In this document: positions 13,861 to 29,103 of the stretch, piece by piece
Layout: every line of letters begins with the position of its first letter
Position numbering within the stretch: position 1 is the first letter of the stretch
Origin: Laetmonice hystrix
Taxonomy: Eukaryota
DNA length: 64,000 nucleotides
NCBI GenBank assembly: GCA_965235115.1
Contig: OZ249436.1
Location: 21,144,001 to 21,208,000 of the forward strand
Reading direction: 5' to 3'
Notes under the pieces: generated by a model
What the model was told of the DNA's origin: nothing
The model's input: the letters and a program-made list of their open reading frames with translations, nothing else
The model's database searches: none
Made by a program: the position numbers and the translations under genes

Positions 13861-15181
13861 AGTATTTAATAATCTTTGATCTAACCTCTTGACTGTAATG
13901 TTTACTGTGGGAGTATACCCTTATATATTGTAGGATAAGGCCAGTGACTGAAGTGGTCGGACAGTAGGGCACTCACTCCATGGGTCGGGCGGTACGGGGC
14001 TGTGCCAGATGGCACGCTACCAACATCCATACAACACCACACCTCCGCCTCCTCGCCTTTCTAAATAGGGAAATACTCACATCACAACACATCACACGAA
14101 TGGGACGTGTCCCACAATCTGCTTCGTGCCGGTTGATACGGAACGTATCTCTACCGTATTCAGGAGTGTCCATCCATAAACTGTGTTGTCTCAATGTCAT
14201 GGAGGATACCAGCTCCAACAATGGCGCCCCCCCCCCCTATCTCAAACTATGCCGGTTCGTCGGAAGTATCAGGTTTTCAGTGATGCTCAAAAGCAAATCA
14301 TTCAATTATTTCTTACACCCTTATTAACTTTGGATATTTGGCAATTGGTTACAAAACTATGCTCCAAGAAACATGTCAAATAGGTCGGTGGAAATCAAAA
14401 TACTTTGACCAAGTATGGTATAACTTGTGTACATAGTACTGAAAAATGGTGAGATGAAAAAGGATCAGATCTTGGCCAGGGTGCCAACAACCGGAGGAAA
14501 AAAGACCACCCACCTCGGGGCAAAGTTGAAAGTCAGGTGTAATTTATGCTCATCACTATTCTAGTACATCACTCAAGTGATTAAATTCACGGCAAGTTCA
14601 CAAGAGTATACCATCTTAAACATTCCCACAACATTCCATCCTTAAAAGGAAACAATCTCAGAGTGCCTCCTGAAAATATCATCAGGAACGGAAGATTAAT
14701 AGTTTAGCTGCCTAGGGCCGTTGTCTTCTGACCGGGGAATGCCAGTCAACTTTGGCAAACCTAACTGGATGTTTACGACGAAAACTAACGACACAGAGAC
14801 AAACGGATTTCATCAATAAACATGTTTATCCTATAGTATTACCTTAAACTGCGACAAAAGGTCCTTTATCTCTCGCCCAAGCACAACTAATCAATAAATA
14901 AGAGGAAATAATACAACAATAATTCAGTTTAAATGAAGTTGCCTACAAGAGAATGGTGTGAACATAAAAGACCGACCTCTCCCACAGGACTAAGCCCATA
15001 TTTTGTAGGGCCGCCCTGGGGCTCAGAACAATGCCCCACATCAAAGGGCGCAGTATGTCCGACTTGGTGGTGGGTGGGTGGGTCGGTGGGCGGACTCCTT
15101 ACCCTGGCAGCACAACCAAATCGAGGAGTGAGCGGGAATTGACGATTTTAATATGCGCCGTGTTGGCAACTACGGTCATCT

Positions 15182-15440
15182 GGACGGGAGACTGTCCTAT
15201 TGGCCGGTCGGTGGTCAGTAACCAGACTCTAGACTCCCTCAGTGTCAGACAGTAGCCGGGATATCTATCTCCTAGTCCTAGACACGTCCTGTCTGTGTCC
15301 ACCACATGACAGGACCAGGGTTCGGGTAGACGGGACGGGAGACTGTCCTATTGACCGGTCGGTGGTCAGTAACTCCCTCAGTCTCAGACAGTAGCCGGGA
15401 AATCTATCTCCTACTCCTAGACACGTCCTGTCTGTGTCCA
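15182..15440. repeat. Two-copy tandem duplication, 150-bp period
   Basis: ggacgggagactgtcctattg...ggtggtcagtaac...cctagacacgtcctgtctgtgtcca at 15182 and 15332. Confidence 0.92.
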
Positions 15441-18400
15441 GTACACCCCAAACATCACCCCACATTCGGCGCCCTAGGACGTAGATCCAAACTGTCAACA
15501 GACTGCTTGTCACATTTCCTGCTCACCGTTGGTCTCACTGACAAATTATCCCCAACTCTTAATCCACTTCACGCATACCTGTTCTAGCATCACTATATTT
15601 TTATAGCATTTCAATCATTTCCTGTTCGACTTCAAAATTTCAAACTGAATTTTAATGGTTGTAAACCATTACAAATTGGAATGGCATTGCAATGCACGAC
15701 ACTTAGCTTACTTGTACTCGTATGACCAAGCTGTGCCAAGCGATCCGACTGATCATTTGTTTGGCTGTGTTGACTGATCTGATCATATATAATCACCCGG
15801 CCCGGCAGACAGCCCAGTCACCGATGTATTTCCTGCTCACGTCGTCAAGGTGACTCATTCACACCTGCCCTGCATAACAACATAGACGAAAATGGTGGCA
15901 ACTTGTTTAGTTATTTTCTTAACCTGTGGGTCCGACACACATGAACCCTATCAGTTTACCATTATCATATTTCTGAAGTCAAAGAACGACACTAAGTGCT
16001 TGGAGAAATGAACGCAAAACAAAACCCCCCTTTTTTTAGAGAGAGTTCACCCCTCCGGAGCATACAACCATTTACCCGTTCTCGATGGCCTACACATCTG
16101 TACCCGACGCCCTGGCCTTGGAGCGGATCAAATTATGTAAACGCTGTATAGTAAAGTTCTACATACCTACCACACTGTGACACAACATCAACACCTCGGG
16201 AACTCCGACCTGCTCCCAACTCCCAATCACCATTCCGACTAGGTTAATCAACTGTTGGAAGGGAAATGAATATTATATGTCCTTTCTTTTCTCATTTATC
16301 ACTGGAAAATATACCTCGGAACTGTACTGGGGGTTGCAGGGTTTCACCCCCTACATCCGTAACCCGCAGCCCCAGTATCTTCACTATCTTTCTTAGGGCA
16401 TTTAGTATCTGGCGCCGGACACCACGTCTACATCAAGCCTTTTATCATCTCGGAGCCCGTTTTAGAACTACTAAAAAAACTATGGAACCCAATGATCTCG
16501 AGGGCAAAGTTCTAGCTCCCAACTCAGACCACCCTACTCCCTTAATGAACACCTTTTTCCAGATCAAGCCCTGTAAGTACGCCTGACCTTCAAGTGACCT
16601 CTCAAGGTGGTAGCAGGGTAAAGGGTAAATATCCAATTGAAACCTTATGTCTGACTCCCTACCCATAATCCATAGTGATGTTTATGCCGCTCCTGCGCTT
16701 TGAAGCGATTGCGACCTTTACTTCACCTTTCAATATCTGAGGGACCACCGTCAAGCTATCCAACTAAAACAGAACTCTTTTCAACATTTTGCAGAGAGTG
16801 CTTTTACTTCAGCGACTTTTTCAAAAGTGAAACGTATCCTGGTGAATATTCAAACACAAACACGAAAAAAACCCAGCCATAAACTCTTTATATTACCTAA
16901 GTGGAAACAGTAATATTGGCGACTGAATGGCAAGACACTCAAACGTACATCCTACAACTGCATTAGGAATACTCATACTATTAAGAATTACCCTAGATGA
17001 ATTCATTTCTTTTTTTTTCTTCTTCTCTTTTTTTATTTGATCTGATTTTATCTTTTTCCCTTTTACTTTACTTACACGTAATTAAAGAACTTCTAGCGTG
17101 GCGGATAGAGAGCGGAGAGAGGAACCCGGTGAACACCTTGTAATACGAACCTACAGTCAGGGTGCACAGAGTAAGGTGTGACTCATCTGATGACTTAAGG
17201 AAGCAGACTACGACAACAGGAAACTACCTTGTACCTAACCAGACACGGATCCTCACTCGAATGAAGCTATCCAGTGACCTCTCAACCTGTCAGTGGAAAC
17301 CAAAACGTCAACTTTCGCCACCTTTTGGTGACCGTAAGAAACCTATCAGGTCAAATTTGGAACAGATGCTTCCAACATTACGTGCTCAAGATCGCCACTG
17401 GATGCCTAAAACAGGTCAATAGGAAAACGGCTCCTTTGGCCTGTGACTGCAGCCAGTCGTCAGTCAACCCGTGTATTCCTTCTAGACAACCCACTTAGGG
17501 TCCAGGTGGGGACCCAGCCAAGAATTCCTCAGTCCTCCACAGCCTACTGACAGATGGACCGGCTGAAGGGCCGAAATGACCTCAGTAACGTATTACTGTA
17601 AAGGACTCTTTCCCCACCTCCTGGCTGCCCACATGTCCAAAGCCATGCCTTGTGTAGTCAATGTGGTTTGCATTAGTTCCACAGGAATACTAAGGTAGAA
17701 CCTGTTCTAACTTCTAGTGGTGAGGCACTTGTAGAGATAGAACCGTCAAGTGCGTACCTCAACCACGAATATTCCTCTCTCCACCTTCTCTAAACCAGCC
17801 AGCTCATAATATCCCAATTCACCAATGTCCATGTGCGGCATAAAGCCAGAAAGCTGGAGGGGGGGGGGGGGGTGACTGAGTGATCTTTTTTTTTTCTTTT
17901 TTTTTTTTTGGGGGGGGGGGGGTCGCAGGGCGAGGGGCGTGGGGTTATCTTGGTTACAGATGGTAATAGCACCACGCTGTGTAAGGTTAGTTGTGTAATG
18001 GTGATTAGGGCGGTCTAGTCCAAGCCAGGATATACTGCCCTCATCATGGCCGGGTGCCTCTGGTCGCCCCCCCCCCCCTCCCCCGGCTGGAACAGGCTCT
18101 TCTCTTACCGGTCATTATAAAAAAAAAGTCAATATAATAAACGTCGTTTGTATTTACCATGACGATAATCATGAAGATAAAAAGAAATATGTCAAGCCTG
18201 GACGGTTGATCTGTGGTAGAGGAAGGCGCGCAGTGGAAGGCGTCTAACTTTACTCTGACCTTAGTGTTAACATTGCGTGTTCTCCAGGTGGGTGGGTGTG
18301 TTCTTCTCCCCTCAAAGGTATGTCACGCTAGTTTGAACTCTTGTGGTTTTTTTCTCTGTTTACCTTTGATATGGACATTCTTCTGGTGTAACTATTGAGA

Positions 18401-18754
18401 AGGTGGCTGGTGTGGTGGTTGACTCGGTCTGGGGGAGTGCTGTCACCTGTACCAGGACCTCCGAGTCCTCCTCACACAGGCAAAACTTCCGGGAGCACGC
18501 ACCCACCCGGCAAATAAAGTTATCACTTCAGCTGGTCTGACCCACATCAAGTGAGACACTTGACACACAGCTCAATCTATCTGATGCCGACAGGTATCTC
18601 TTATAACATGTACCAACCCTATCTATTCAGTATCGCCATTACTTTTTACAAACTGCGAACCTGTTCTCCTACTGCAATTCTTTGAATTGAAATTTAAGAT
18701 GCCTTTATTAATTGCATACAAAAAAGTCGTTTTACAATAAGGAATATAATAGGA

Positions 18755-18870
18755 CCATAGCGGAGAAACCCCGGAGTACCCGCCGAAATCCACCCCTTGC
18801 AGCAAGTGACACACAAGTGGTATTCCTCCAAGTGCTCTGACAAGATTCGAAGGAGACGCCACCATACATC
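18755..18870 (-). mobile_element. Degenerate SINE remnant (Meta/V-type core)
   Basis: Plus strand ggagaaaccccggagtacccgccgaaatccacc...gcaagtgacacacaa is the reverse complement of the same SINE core. Confidence 0.5.
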
Positions 18871-19540
18871 CATCTAATTTGTTCCGGTAAAACTTGACTG
18901 CCTCATCGATAAATGATTTAGGGGATATGTGGTGGTATGTAGTGTAGTACCAATGTCCCTGTAATTAATAATATGACCCCACATACACACACACACAGGG
19001 CAGGAGAATTTGGTATGAATTTGTTCCCCAGACACAGACGACCAAGTCGTACTAAAGTACGTTCATCCATATACACATTGACATTTACTCCCTCTGGAGA
19101 AAATAACAACCTCCATGATCGTCCTGTAAATCTTGTTTCCGTTTTTCTTTTTTAAGAGGCATGTCACATGTGTTTTATGCCAAATGAGGCCATCTCCTTC
19201 AGCCATTCGTTACACCCCCACCGCCATGTAATAGTTTCCAGAACCTCGGGACGAACATTCCACTAGCTCTTTCAGTTTCATAGTTCAAACTGTGCATTTT
19301 CCAGATAACGACCCCCCCCCCCCCATTTCTATCCCAGTATCAGGCCACGTTCGGACAGGCCGACCCGAAACTTTACCCCTTCCCCTCCCCGCACCATCAC
19401 CTATCTCCCGGTGTAGATAAATACAGCCATCTGTAAACCTCAATGTCGGTGTGGGGGAGCGGCCTTCCTGCCTTCCTTCACTCAGTTCAGTAATCATTAG
19501 AGCTCTGTCCACGTTATCTAACCTCATGCCTTTACTCGCT

Positions 19541-19702
19541 CACCAACATTACCCAATGGTGTACAGCTGCTCCCACCAACATTACCCAATGGTGTACAGC
19601 TGTTCCCACCAACATTACTCAATGGTGTACAGCTGCTCCCACCAACATTACCCAATGGTGTACAGCTGCTCCCACCAACATTACCCAATGGTGTACAGCT
19701 GC
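19541..19702. repeat. 33-bp minisatellite, ~5 copies
   Basis: Unit caccaacattacccaatggtgtacagctgctcc. Confidence 0.97.
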
Positions 19703-22700
19703 TTACAAGTTTTAATCCTATTGCACAAGATATGTTTTGCCTATAAATAGGAGATATAAGTTTTCATACTCGTACGGTTCACCTTTACGGTAAGCACGAC
19801 TATCAACATTTACAGGCGTGGCTGAAATGATCACAAATATGTTAAAATAGAAAATGCAACATTCTAGATTCTAGCTCCCAGCGTGCACCTCAGGAATAAC
19901 GTGGTCCCTGTCTCAAATGAAGTACGTCTCTTGTAGTTCCATCATCTTTGTCCTTTGTCACCGATCAGATAAAAACTGGGACTGGTAACATTTAGTCCAC
20001 TTCCGCAACTGTTGACATTTTGCCTCCCGGTATTCTATCCAAGTACATTTTATTCCACATTTTCACCTGCCATTCTCCATTCTTACATTTGCAGGCCAAA
20101 TACCATGGAACAACCGCGCCTTCTATTTGACATGCGGTAAATGCCATAAACACGATTACATGATCCATTTTTACAAGGACCAAACCAAACCTAAAGATAT
20201 GCTCAGGACGCCTTCGACCTGCACGTGGTTAGTCAATGATTTGTCCTGGTGTACAGGTACAAGCGTGGGTGTGTGGGTGGGCGTGGGTGTGTGGATGGGG
20301 GGGGGGGCAGGTGCGGCGAGCGGCTGTCCAAGAACATAGCTGACATAGCTGTGACATAGAGCATTAGTAGCTGGCAGGCCACCCAGCAGGCACACAATGG
20401 TTAGCCTGTTCTAGGGGACTTCCCTGGGTCAGTCCCTCCACTCTACCCAACCGCCTGCTCCACAGCTCCCAGGGAGAACCTACACGCGATAACAAACATA
20501 GATTTCATGTCACCCGGTACACAGACACACACCTCCCTGGAGGCTACACTTTATCAAGGCGGCAAGAACTTTTCCAACATTTTCCACTCGAAACTTATAA
20601 ATGGCCGGCCCCATGAGGACACTGACCAACAGTGTCCGGGAAACACGGCGAAATACCATGGGTAATTGAGTGGTTACTAAGCTCTCTCAGAAGAGAATAT
20701 TCTGAGTGTCTAATCCCTCTCACAGAACCCCCCACTACACACACCCCTTACCCCAGCCCACCTCTACCCTCCAGCACCCTTCAGTTCATAGAAGTTGACT
20801 TTTAGACACACTGTGTGGTCAATCATGCCCTTAGTCTTGATTCGTGATTCCTGCTGTCAAGGGCCGCCCCAAAGTCACGTGTTCTCACGACTGTACTGAT
20901 TGGTCAACCCCTTCTGACGCCAGTTTTCCATGAAGGATGACGTGAGCCGATCCTCTGAACTGACTGGTTAGCCATTCTCTGCTCGTGATATTCTATCACA
21001 AGATGTTTTGATATCTAAATCTTCATGGTTCCCTGAAAACTGGGCAAGGGGAAAAAACACTTCAAACGCGAGTTGGGACTGAATGGAGCCGATGCAGTAG
21101 AGGGCCAGACATAACAAACATGTGGGCAGAAAATCAACCTGGCTCTTCCTTTGATGTGCTATACTGGTGAACTTTAAGTTCATGAGAAGTATGGCAGGCC
21201 CTTCAGTAGTCAGGTGCGCCATCTTAATTGATCACCTCCCAGAAAATTTCGGGAATATTTGGGCTCATCTGCACAGTCCTGATGTTGATGGCAGAGCACA
21301 GGTAATACATCAAGAAGACAAATTATTACTTACAAGATGGCAGTATAGGACATCAATCCGAAAAAAAAACATATCCAGATAAAACGCCTCAAGCGGGGCC
21401 TCTGAAAGGTCCAAATTGGATACCCCGCTGAAGTTTTTACTTCTTTTAAACACTGCTTTATATACTCTAATTCATTGAAAGAGGTCTGAACTAGAGGTTA
21501 TGTTCACGTAGTCCATTATCTCGACTTTACAATGGTAAAGGTAAAAACATACAAAACCATTGTCTCTACCTAGCTAACATACAATTCCCTATGTACATGC
21601 GACCACAACACACTACCTCCCACTCACACCAGGTTTTTCATGGTCAAACAAAAGGAGAACTGGGGGAAAAGGCAATGATTTGTATGCAACACCTGCACTG
21701 CCAGCTTTGAACTGACAAGATCCGCCTGGGGTAAAATAGATCAAGATATTCACAAACTATCACGGCAATCCACGGGTATTTGTGTGCACTCATCCTGTGT
21801 ACATACGTCTGTGTTGTGAGTTGAGGCACACAGACCAAACAAGACAAGTCGGCCATGTTTCAGTTAAACTCACTCTACCTGTCCATATAGCCGTCCGTAC
21901 ATGAAAACTAGATAAAAATGAGCTCGGCCCTGGATATCTTGTCCTCATCCAAATCTGTCATCGTCCAGACAAACCCGATGACCTTCTTGGTAGAGATATT
22001 CACTGCCACCTTTCAGAAACCATGTAGATACAAGTTCTGACAGCCGTAACAGAAACCTCTAGTTCAACCAAATTCCGAAACGTGCCCTTGCCCACGGTAT
22101 GCTTGGTTCATTCTAAAGCAACACTGCCGTATGCGGCCAATCCGATTTTTTGGGCAGGATAAAGGGTGAGAAATGAGGTTCGATACCCACTTTAGCTGAC
22201 AGGAAGTTGGAGAAATTCCTTTCATGCACTTTTTTTCGTTCAGAATATTCCACCATCTCTGACATCAGCAATACGTAGTCTCAGTGATATTCAATCATAC
22301 CCAGTTTAGGTGGTTCTCAATCAAACCCAGGTGATTCTCGTCTAGGCAGGATGAGGATTATCGTTTACGGGCTGGATATCCAGATGAAACACCTCGATTA
22401 TTAATTAACTTTCTCTCCAGAATGACTCGATGTTTTTTGCTTTCCAATCACATAATGTACAATCATCCATACCTTGGCTGAGGATGGGCGATGGGGAAAA
22501 AAGACGACAGAAAACGGGGAAAAAAGAAGACAGAAAACAGGAAAAAAAGAAGAAGACAGAAACGACAGAACTGCCCTCCAAAAAAGATACTCTGCAATCA
22601 ACGAAAACAGAGCCAGCCAGTACAGATAGAGCGGGCCCCAACTCGGTGAGGAGGGAGAGGGCATTGACCTGATGTCAACGACCTAACGACAGCTTCCACT

Positions 22701-25700
22701 CCTGCCTTACATACATCTGGTTTTAACCAGAACCAGCCTCAAACTAAGATTACTAAACGCCACACGCCAGGCCAGAAAACGTTCTGCTCCGTGTAAGCTA
22801 ATTTTTGCCAGATAAACTTCTGTTTATCCAGCTGTATAATTTTGCATGTAATTATTTGTAAATTAGAGGAGTAACCCTGTGGCCACCATCCGTCATACGA
22901 GGCAAATGACGTTCACAGAGTTTTACACCAAGCTTAGGGAGTCATTTACCAACCGGCAGATACAATGTTAGGTTCACCCCATACTATGCAATCGCTTGCA
23001 TAATACCAGCGGTGCTAACATCCCGTGATTTTCTCCTTTAACACCCCCGCCCTGGAGCAGCCTACTCTTGGCCTTATCTCGTGCCGACTTCCTGGCCTCC
23101 TGATCGTTCCTCCAGCCGTCCCCCATCATGCTCCCAGTCCTCCGGGCTTACGGTCCATCACCTACTGAACGCTAGCAGAGTCCTCCGTTTCCGCCTCTCT
23201 AACATATGGCAGCTGACGGAGCTTTAGCTGACAATGCCCATCACCTGGCAGGTTGTAGTGTCCTGGCGGGCAAACTACCCCGGCCTGCTAGGGTCTGGTA
23301 GCGGTATCCATTTGGTAATGGGATTTTACCAGCCAGCGGGAGCACACGCAGCCAGGCTCTATGAACCATCAGAAGGTGGCAAAGTTTGCCAGTCATTTCA
23401 CAACGTATTTCACATGTGGAGTCTGTACTCACACAGATGCTTAGATACTATAATCTAGCAGATTAAATATATACACCTGTTTGCATATATCTGACAATCT
23501 ATATCAGATGAATGCCGAGATACCGTTGAGGGAGGCAGAGGCAGGCACAGTCCAGAGACCTGTTACTATTTACGGACTACCTTCAGAAGTCAAAGATAAG
23601 GGTATTATCGAAGTTTAGATTGTCTGGCAGAAAGTTCCATCACGTACCAGTTCAATCACTTCTCAATCTCATTTTTACACATTTTTCAGGCAATGAAATA
23701 ATTCTGTGCCGATACCTGCATATTTATTAATCTTTTCTGGAAGAACTGCCTTTTGTCTGGGGGTACATGTACTCTCGACGTCAACAGACCCAGGTTCTGA
23801 TGGCACTCCAGTCCACCAGCCGCCTAGGGCAATGGGGTCAAAAGGTCAAAGGTCATGGGTTGGACCATCTGGAACTTACCTCATCTTATTAGAAATGAAA
23901 TATGACAGCTACAGCCACAATCTGACCATATCTAAACTTGACATTGTCCGAACCATTTCCTTTTGTAGGGGTGGTAAATGTAAAGGCCAAAGCAGGAGTG
24001 CTCTGACCACAAACCATGGAAATAGTGACAAGTGCAGACATTTATATCCTAACCTTGGATGAAGGGTCATCTTGTAGCTCAAGGTCAGTTCCTGTAGCTC
24101 AAGGTCAGTTCCACCTCTTCTCGATCCAGGAAACTTCACCTCATTAGTTTAAAATGATTTCTATTTGACACCCTACACCTTAAACGCATACATTTAGTTT
24201 CTGGGTGGCTGCTTTCAGACTGCAACTCCTCGATGAAGAGGACTTCCCACCTCTGTCCGTTAATATTTATAGAAATAATGATACCCAGCTACCACAAGGT
24301 GGATTCTCTTACAGAGGCAAACAGACCTCAACAGCGACACTGACCACTCTACTGCTGGTCTCCTTAGCCTGTTACTGTTAATACTGTAACCCCCGACCCC
24401 CACACCCTCATCCAAGCAGAGTCTTTGAGTAGCTTCATGCACGGCCTGTCCACCACTAGATCTAAACCCAACCCAGTTACAGAGCTACAGTCCACATCTT
24501 TACACAGCACTTCACTGGCCCGGTCTGTCCAGAGTAGGTTATTAATAATAACAACATTAAAATATTGACACCCACATCACTGACCCAACCAAAAGTCACA
24601 ATGGCCACTCGGCCGGCCAGCAAACGTTGAGAACTGACAGAGATTCTCCCTGAATAAAGCTATTTATTACATGATATATGTAAGACAATATATTGCAATA
24701 ACTAAAGTAATATCCGAGTGTGGAGGATGCCTGCGGAGACGATGGGTATGGTTACAGTAATGAAATGATATCATGCTGAGGTTAAACTAAGAGTTCATCC
24801 ACAATCTAACCGAGGAAACCATTCCGCCCCTGCTCCAACCCCCACCCCCTCCCCTTCCTACCCATCCTGGCCGTGCCCAGCGGGTACGAGGAGGCCACCG
24901 TGGTGGGAGAGCCAAATAACAGGAACTCCTACCACGCCCCACACATACCACAACACGCTGGTCGGGTGAAGAATGCTGCTTCCCTGGGATTACGATAAGC
25001 CTGCGATAGCCTGGGTAGAGAATACGGCAGTCCATCACATTCATGGTTATAGCTACTACATTGTATAGAAATTCCCATAGTGGAAACTACTTCAGGTATT
25101 ATTATGTAACCCGTCAAGGTAAATAAGGATGGCAAATGCTTTACATTGAACATCTAACAGTAAACGTACGGCTCCTCCTTCCTCACTTAATGAATTAATT
25201 CAATATATTTATACACTTGGGGCAGAAACGTAGGTTACACTTACACCATCATTTTTATCAGGAGATCTGATAGCAATTCGCCAACTTGATGCTCGCCCGA
25301 ATATTCATACCTTTTTAGATCAATGTTTCCCCACACCAGCCGATCTAACAACGACAGAAGGTGGGGCGGTGTTGTTTTCACCACTAGTGTGACTTTCGCC
25401 ACTTTCATGTTGACCCCTCTCGGATGACCTTTGGCTCATGACCTCTTGTGACTCTGTGGACTACAGGTGGGAGTATGTGTCCACCTGATGTTGTCGTAGT
25501 AACCAGGTGTGTGACCCAAACAGGCTACCTGCCTGGGATCCCGGTTCTGACTACTGGCGGCGGGTAGAATTGGGTACCTTGTCCAGGCTATATAGGCAGC
25601 CGGCTCCTTCAACCTCCCTGGACCAGGGCAGACTCTGATGATGGGGTCACTGGGCGCCCTGGTCAGAAGGTCATGACCCCTAGCATCACGTCTCCCAAAC

Positions 25701-27029
25701 AGAGCCTGCCATCAGCAGTTAACCCCCCACCCCTGCTATAACCTACTGCCAGTCCCAGTCAGTGGCTGATGTCATTATCAATATCTTGTAGGACCCTCTA
25801 CACACACCAAACTGTGCCCATATAACCAGAATACTGCCAAACTACGGAGGGACAACTAGTGAAACCAAATAAATTTGGTCGCCCAGGTGGGACAAACTTT
25901 GGAAACACTGACTAAACCATTGCAATACATTCTGTATGCTTTTCTGTTGATTGAAAATAAGGCCTTTTTGAGAGAAACTGACCTATATCTGGACTTAAGA
26001 GTAAGACTGAGTTAGTTCCAGTTTACGTCTTCCAAAGTCTCCAATGATCACTTGATTTAACTGCCACCTTCTTTACCCCAGACATACTTAATTTATTTCA
26101 AACCTATATCCCCACTTGTACGGAGAATTCGGCTTTCCTCAGGCTCCTGATTTAAAAGCAATAGACCCCCTTTTTTGAAGACCCTACTTGACACATCTCA
26201 GGCTGATTTCCAGGTTTGTATTTCAAAACAAAAATCAATGTATAAACATTTGTCTAAGAGTGAATGACACAAGGTTATCTTTCTAGAATGGGACCCCTAC
26301 TAGTAAATAAGAATATTGCCAATTTAAAAAGTTCAGGGAGAACTTTGTTGTGGTAACTGATGTATATCTACAACTCTGGGCCCACTAGGCCACCCAACAA
26401 AGTGTATCAATGCTATACATCACTGGAAGGAGCCGGCTCTTGGCGGTATCATTTTTCTTCTTACCCACTAGGAGGCGGGCCAAGAGCAACAACTGATACC
26501 TCAAGTGGCTCACTCCCCTTCTCCCGGATCAGGACCCCCAACACAACTATCCGGTGACCCCTAGCACACCTACACCATGACCCTAGCACACCTTTGGAGA
26601 TACACAGGTATGAACCCTACATGTTCCCATCCTACAGGATGACATGGAGGTACACTGGTCCAAGTGACTCTTCTTAATGTTGTTTTTAGGTTAACCCTAC
26701 CCAACCGGCACTCTACCTGAGATAGACCACAGCCGTGCCTTCATGTCAACACTCCTCCCAAAAACTCTTGGTGCGCCTTCACCTTATCAACTACCCGTAA
26801 TACATACTTGGCGTATCTGAGATTACAGACAACAACCATCGACCATGCCTTCTTTTTTTTTTTCTTTTTTTTTTTGGGGGGGGGGGGGGTTCTTTTCCTC
26901 AACCCAGAATGTTGTAATGTGCACCAAAAGGTTTCTTTATCTATTCCCCAAAAACATACCTGATGGAGAATGTGGTTTGATTCTCACCGATGAAACACAT
27001 TGAATGTCTCAAATATAGTGGTTTAACAA

Positions 27030-27187
27030 GTCTGGGGCCCGTCTCACTAAGGCTGGTTAATAACCAGATCGTTAAGTTAACATAGCAGTGAATGGTGGCT
27101 GTAACCAGCGGCCTTCCATTCACTCCTATGTTAACTTAGTCTTAACGATATGGTTATTAACCAGCCTTAGTGAGAGGGGCCCCAGAC
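27030..27187. mobile_element. Small foldback MITE (Harbinger-like, CWG flanks)
   Basis: gtctggggcccgtctcactaaggctggttaataaccagatcgttaag ... cttaacgatatggttattaaccagccttagtgagaggggccccagac. Confidence 0.85.
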
Positions 27188-29103
27188 TGTGTACTTCCTA
27201 AGTATCCATGGATAAATGGGCACCAAATCCTCCTGTTACATATCAGAGTTTTTTACTGCCCTAATTTCTTCCACCACACTGTTCATGCTGTTGTGACCAT
27301 CCTTCTTGTCTGGACATGATGTATTTTGTGGGTTCTCCAGGCTGATGAAACAAGACACATTTTCTTATAATTTACTTTGCCACTTCATACTTTGCCAATA
27401 CAATGTGGCAAACAGCTACTGGCAGCCAAGAAGAGGGAATTTAATTATACAAACAGTTTGGCTGGTTACGTTGTTGCACCAGGATATATTGCTCATGTGT
27501 AGTGCTCCTGAAGAAATTGACATATTAAAAAAAAACCTTTATAAGAACAACGAATCTTCTTTACAAGGCCACTTACTTGCAGTAAAGTTAAATGGGAGGG
27601 TCTAAAACCACTTGACCAGCATGTACATTGTATATTATGCAAATTAATGTTATAGTACCGGTACTTAGAAACTTATTAAGAGATACTCCCCCTGGCCTCG
27701 GGGGGGGGGGGGGGGCACAGGTGTATGGGTGGATGAATGGATCCATATAGCTACCTGACATGGGCAAGGGTCACTCAGTATAGGGTGACCAGAACCCTGT
27801 TTTTGAAACATTTCGTGGGGGGCCCCCTGTGCCCCCCCCCCCCAAATCCGCCACTGCAGATGTGATCAATGTAAAATCTTACGACTAGGCCCAGTTTTAG
27901 AAAGATACTTGCTTGCTAGGACAACTTGGTACTAAGCCTTTAGTAAAAGCACTTGAAATACAAAAAAAAACTTAAGAATAACTCATACTTAAACTACCGT
28001 AGTTTGGTCAGATAAATCTAATTGGTTGGATCACACAGACCATCAGCTAAGGTGGTAGATCTCACTCACATTCAATGCAGATCTGTCAAAGCCATCGCAA
28101 AATTATTTATTATCAGTAATGCCACCATTGAGGCTCTATCACTGCCACCTTGACCAATTCAAGTTGCCCTGATCAAACCAAATATTACACAAAACAAAAT
28201 TACAGGACTCCTTGATGAAACTACAGGTACCTTTAAAATATGTTTTTTAATCATTAAAATGGGCTAATTAATAAACTTTTATTTACACATGATATAACTT
28301 GCTTTCAAAATTTTTAAATAAGTTATTAATAACTTGTAGAATGTGTGTACTTGTAATTTATATAAACCTCAATAAATAAAGTACATAAACACAGACAACA
28401 TTAAGAGAAAAAATCATTATGCTCATCATTCACATTGCTACAACATTACGGTATCATTTCTCTGTTTATTTCCTTTGCAATATTTTCAGCCTGGACCACT
28501 TTAAACCTAAAGCTACAGGTTTTAACGAACTAGGCTCATATTAGATCAGTTCCCATTCACCTGATTTTGTCATCATTTATCGGCAATGTTATTAAAATTT
28601 ATTTCAAATAGACATCACCATGATTTAGAGCAATGGATCAATGCTGCTTTGATCTCTGTGGCAGACTGAGGACCAAAAATTACTGTTTACTGAAGTGGTT
28701 ATGTCACAAAAGCGCCGAGACGCAATGGACTATCACTCAGTCCAGCATATCCTCTCATGCTTGCACAGTGATGCATGTCGGCAGGCACACGGATGGCTGG
28801 TCCCCACGATAGACAACAAACACGACGAGGAAAATGTCCACCACGGGCACGACACAGCCGCCCTCATCAAGCAATTCTTCATCGGCATTCAAATTATAGA
28901 AATAACCATCTCTACCACAGAAAACCAGTCTAGTATCACCAGAATGTATCACTGAACATTTTCTCATCGTTACCGGCTTCTATTGGGGGATCTATTCCGT
29001 GAAAATTGCCACGGTCGTATCGAACAGGTTTGACAGGCCATGGATGAGTCTCCGAGTCGGGTCTGACTGGAGCTGTCTGCTACCACCTAGACAGATAACT
29101 CAC

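Noticed and set aside
15455..15476. tRNA-Lys primer-binding-site-like sequence on the minus strand
   Set aside because: Only about 14/18 match, no recognisable paired LTRs or gag/pol remnants nearby.
19451..19750. ORF with HQHYPMVYSCS repeats
   Set aside because: In-frame read-through of a 33-bp minisatellite within an intron; no splice or codon support.
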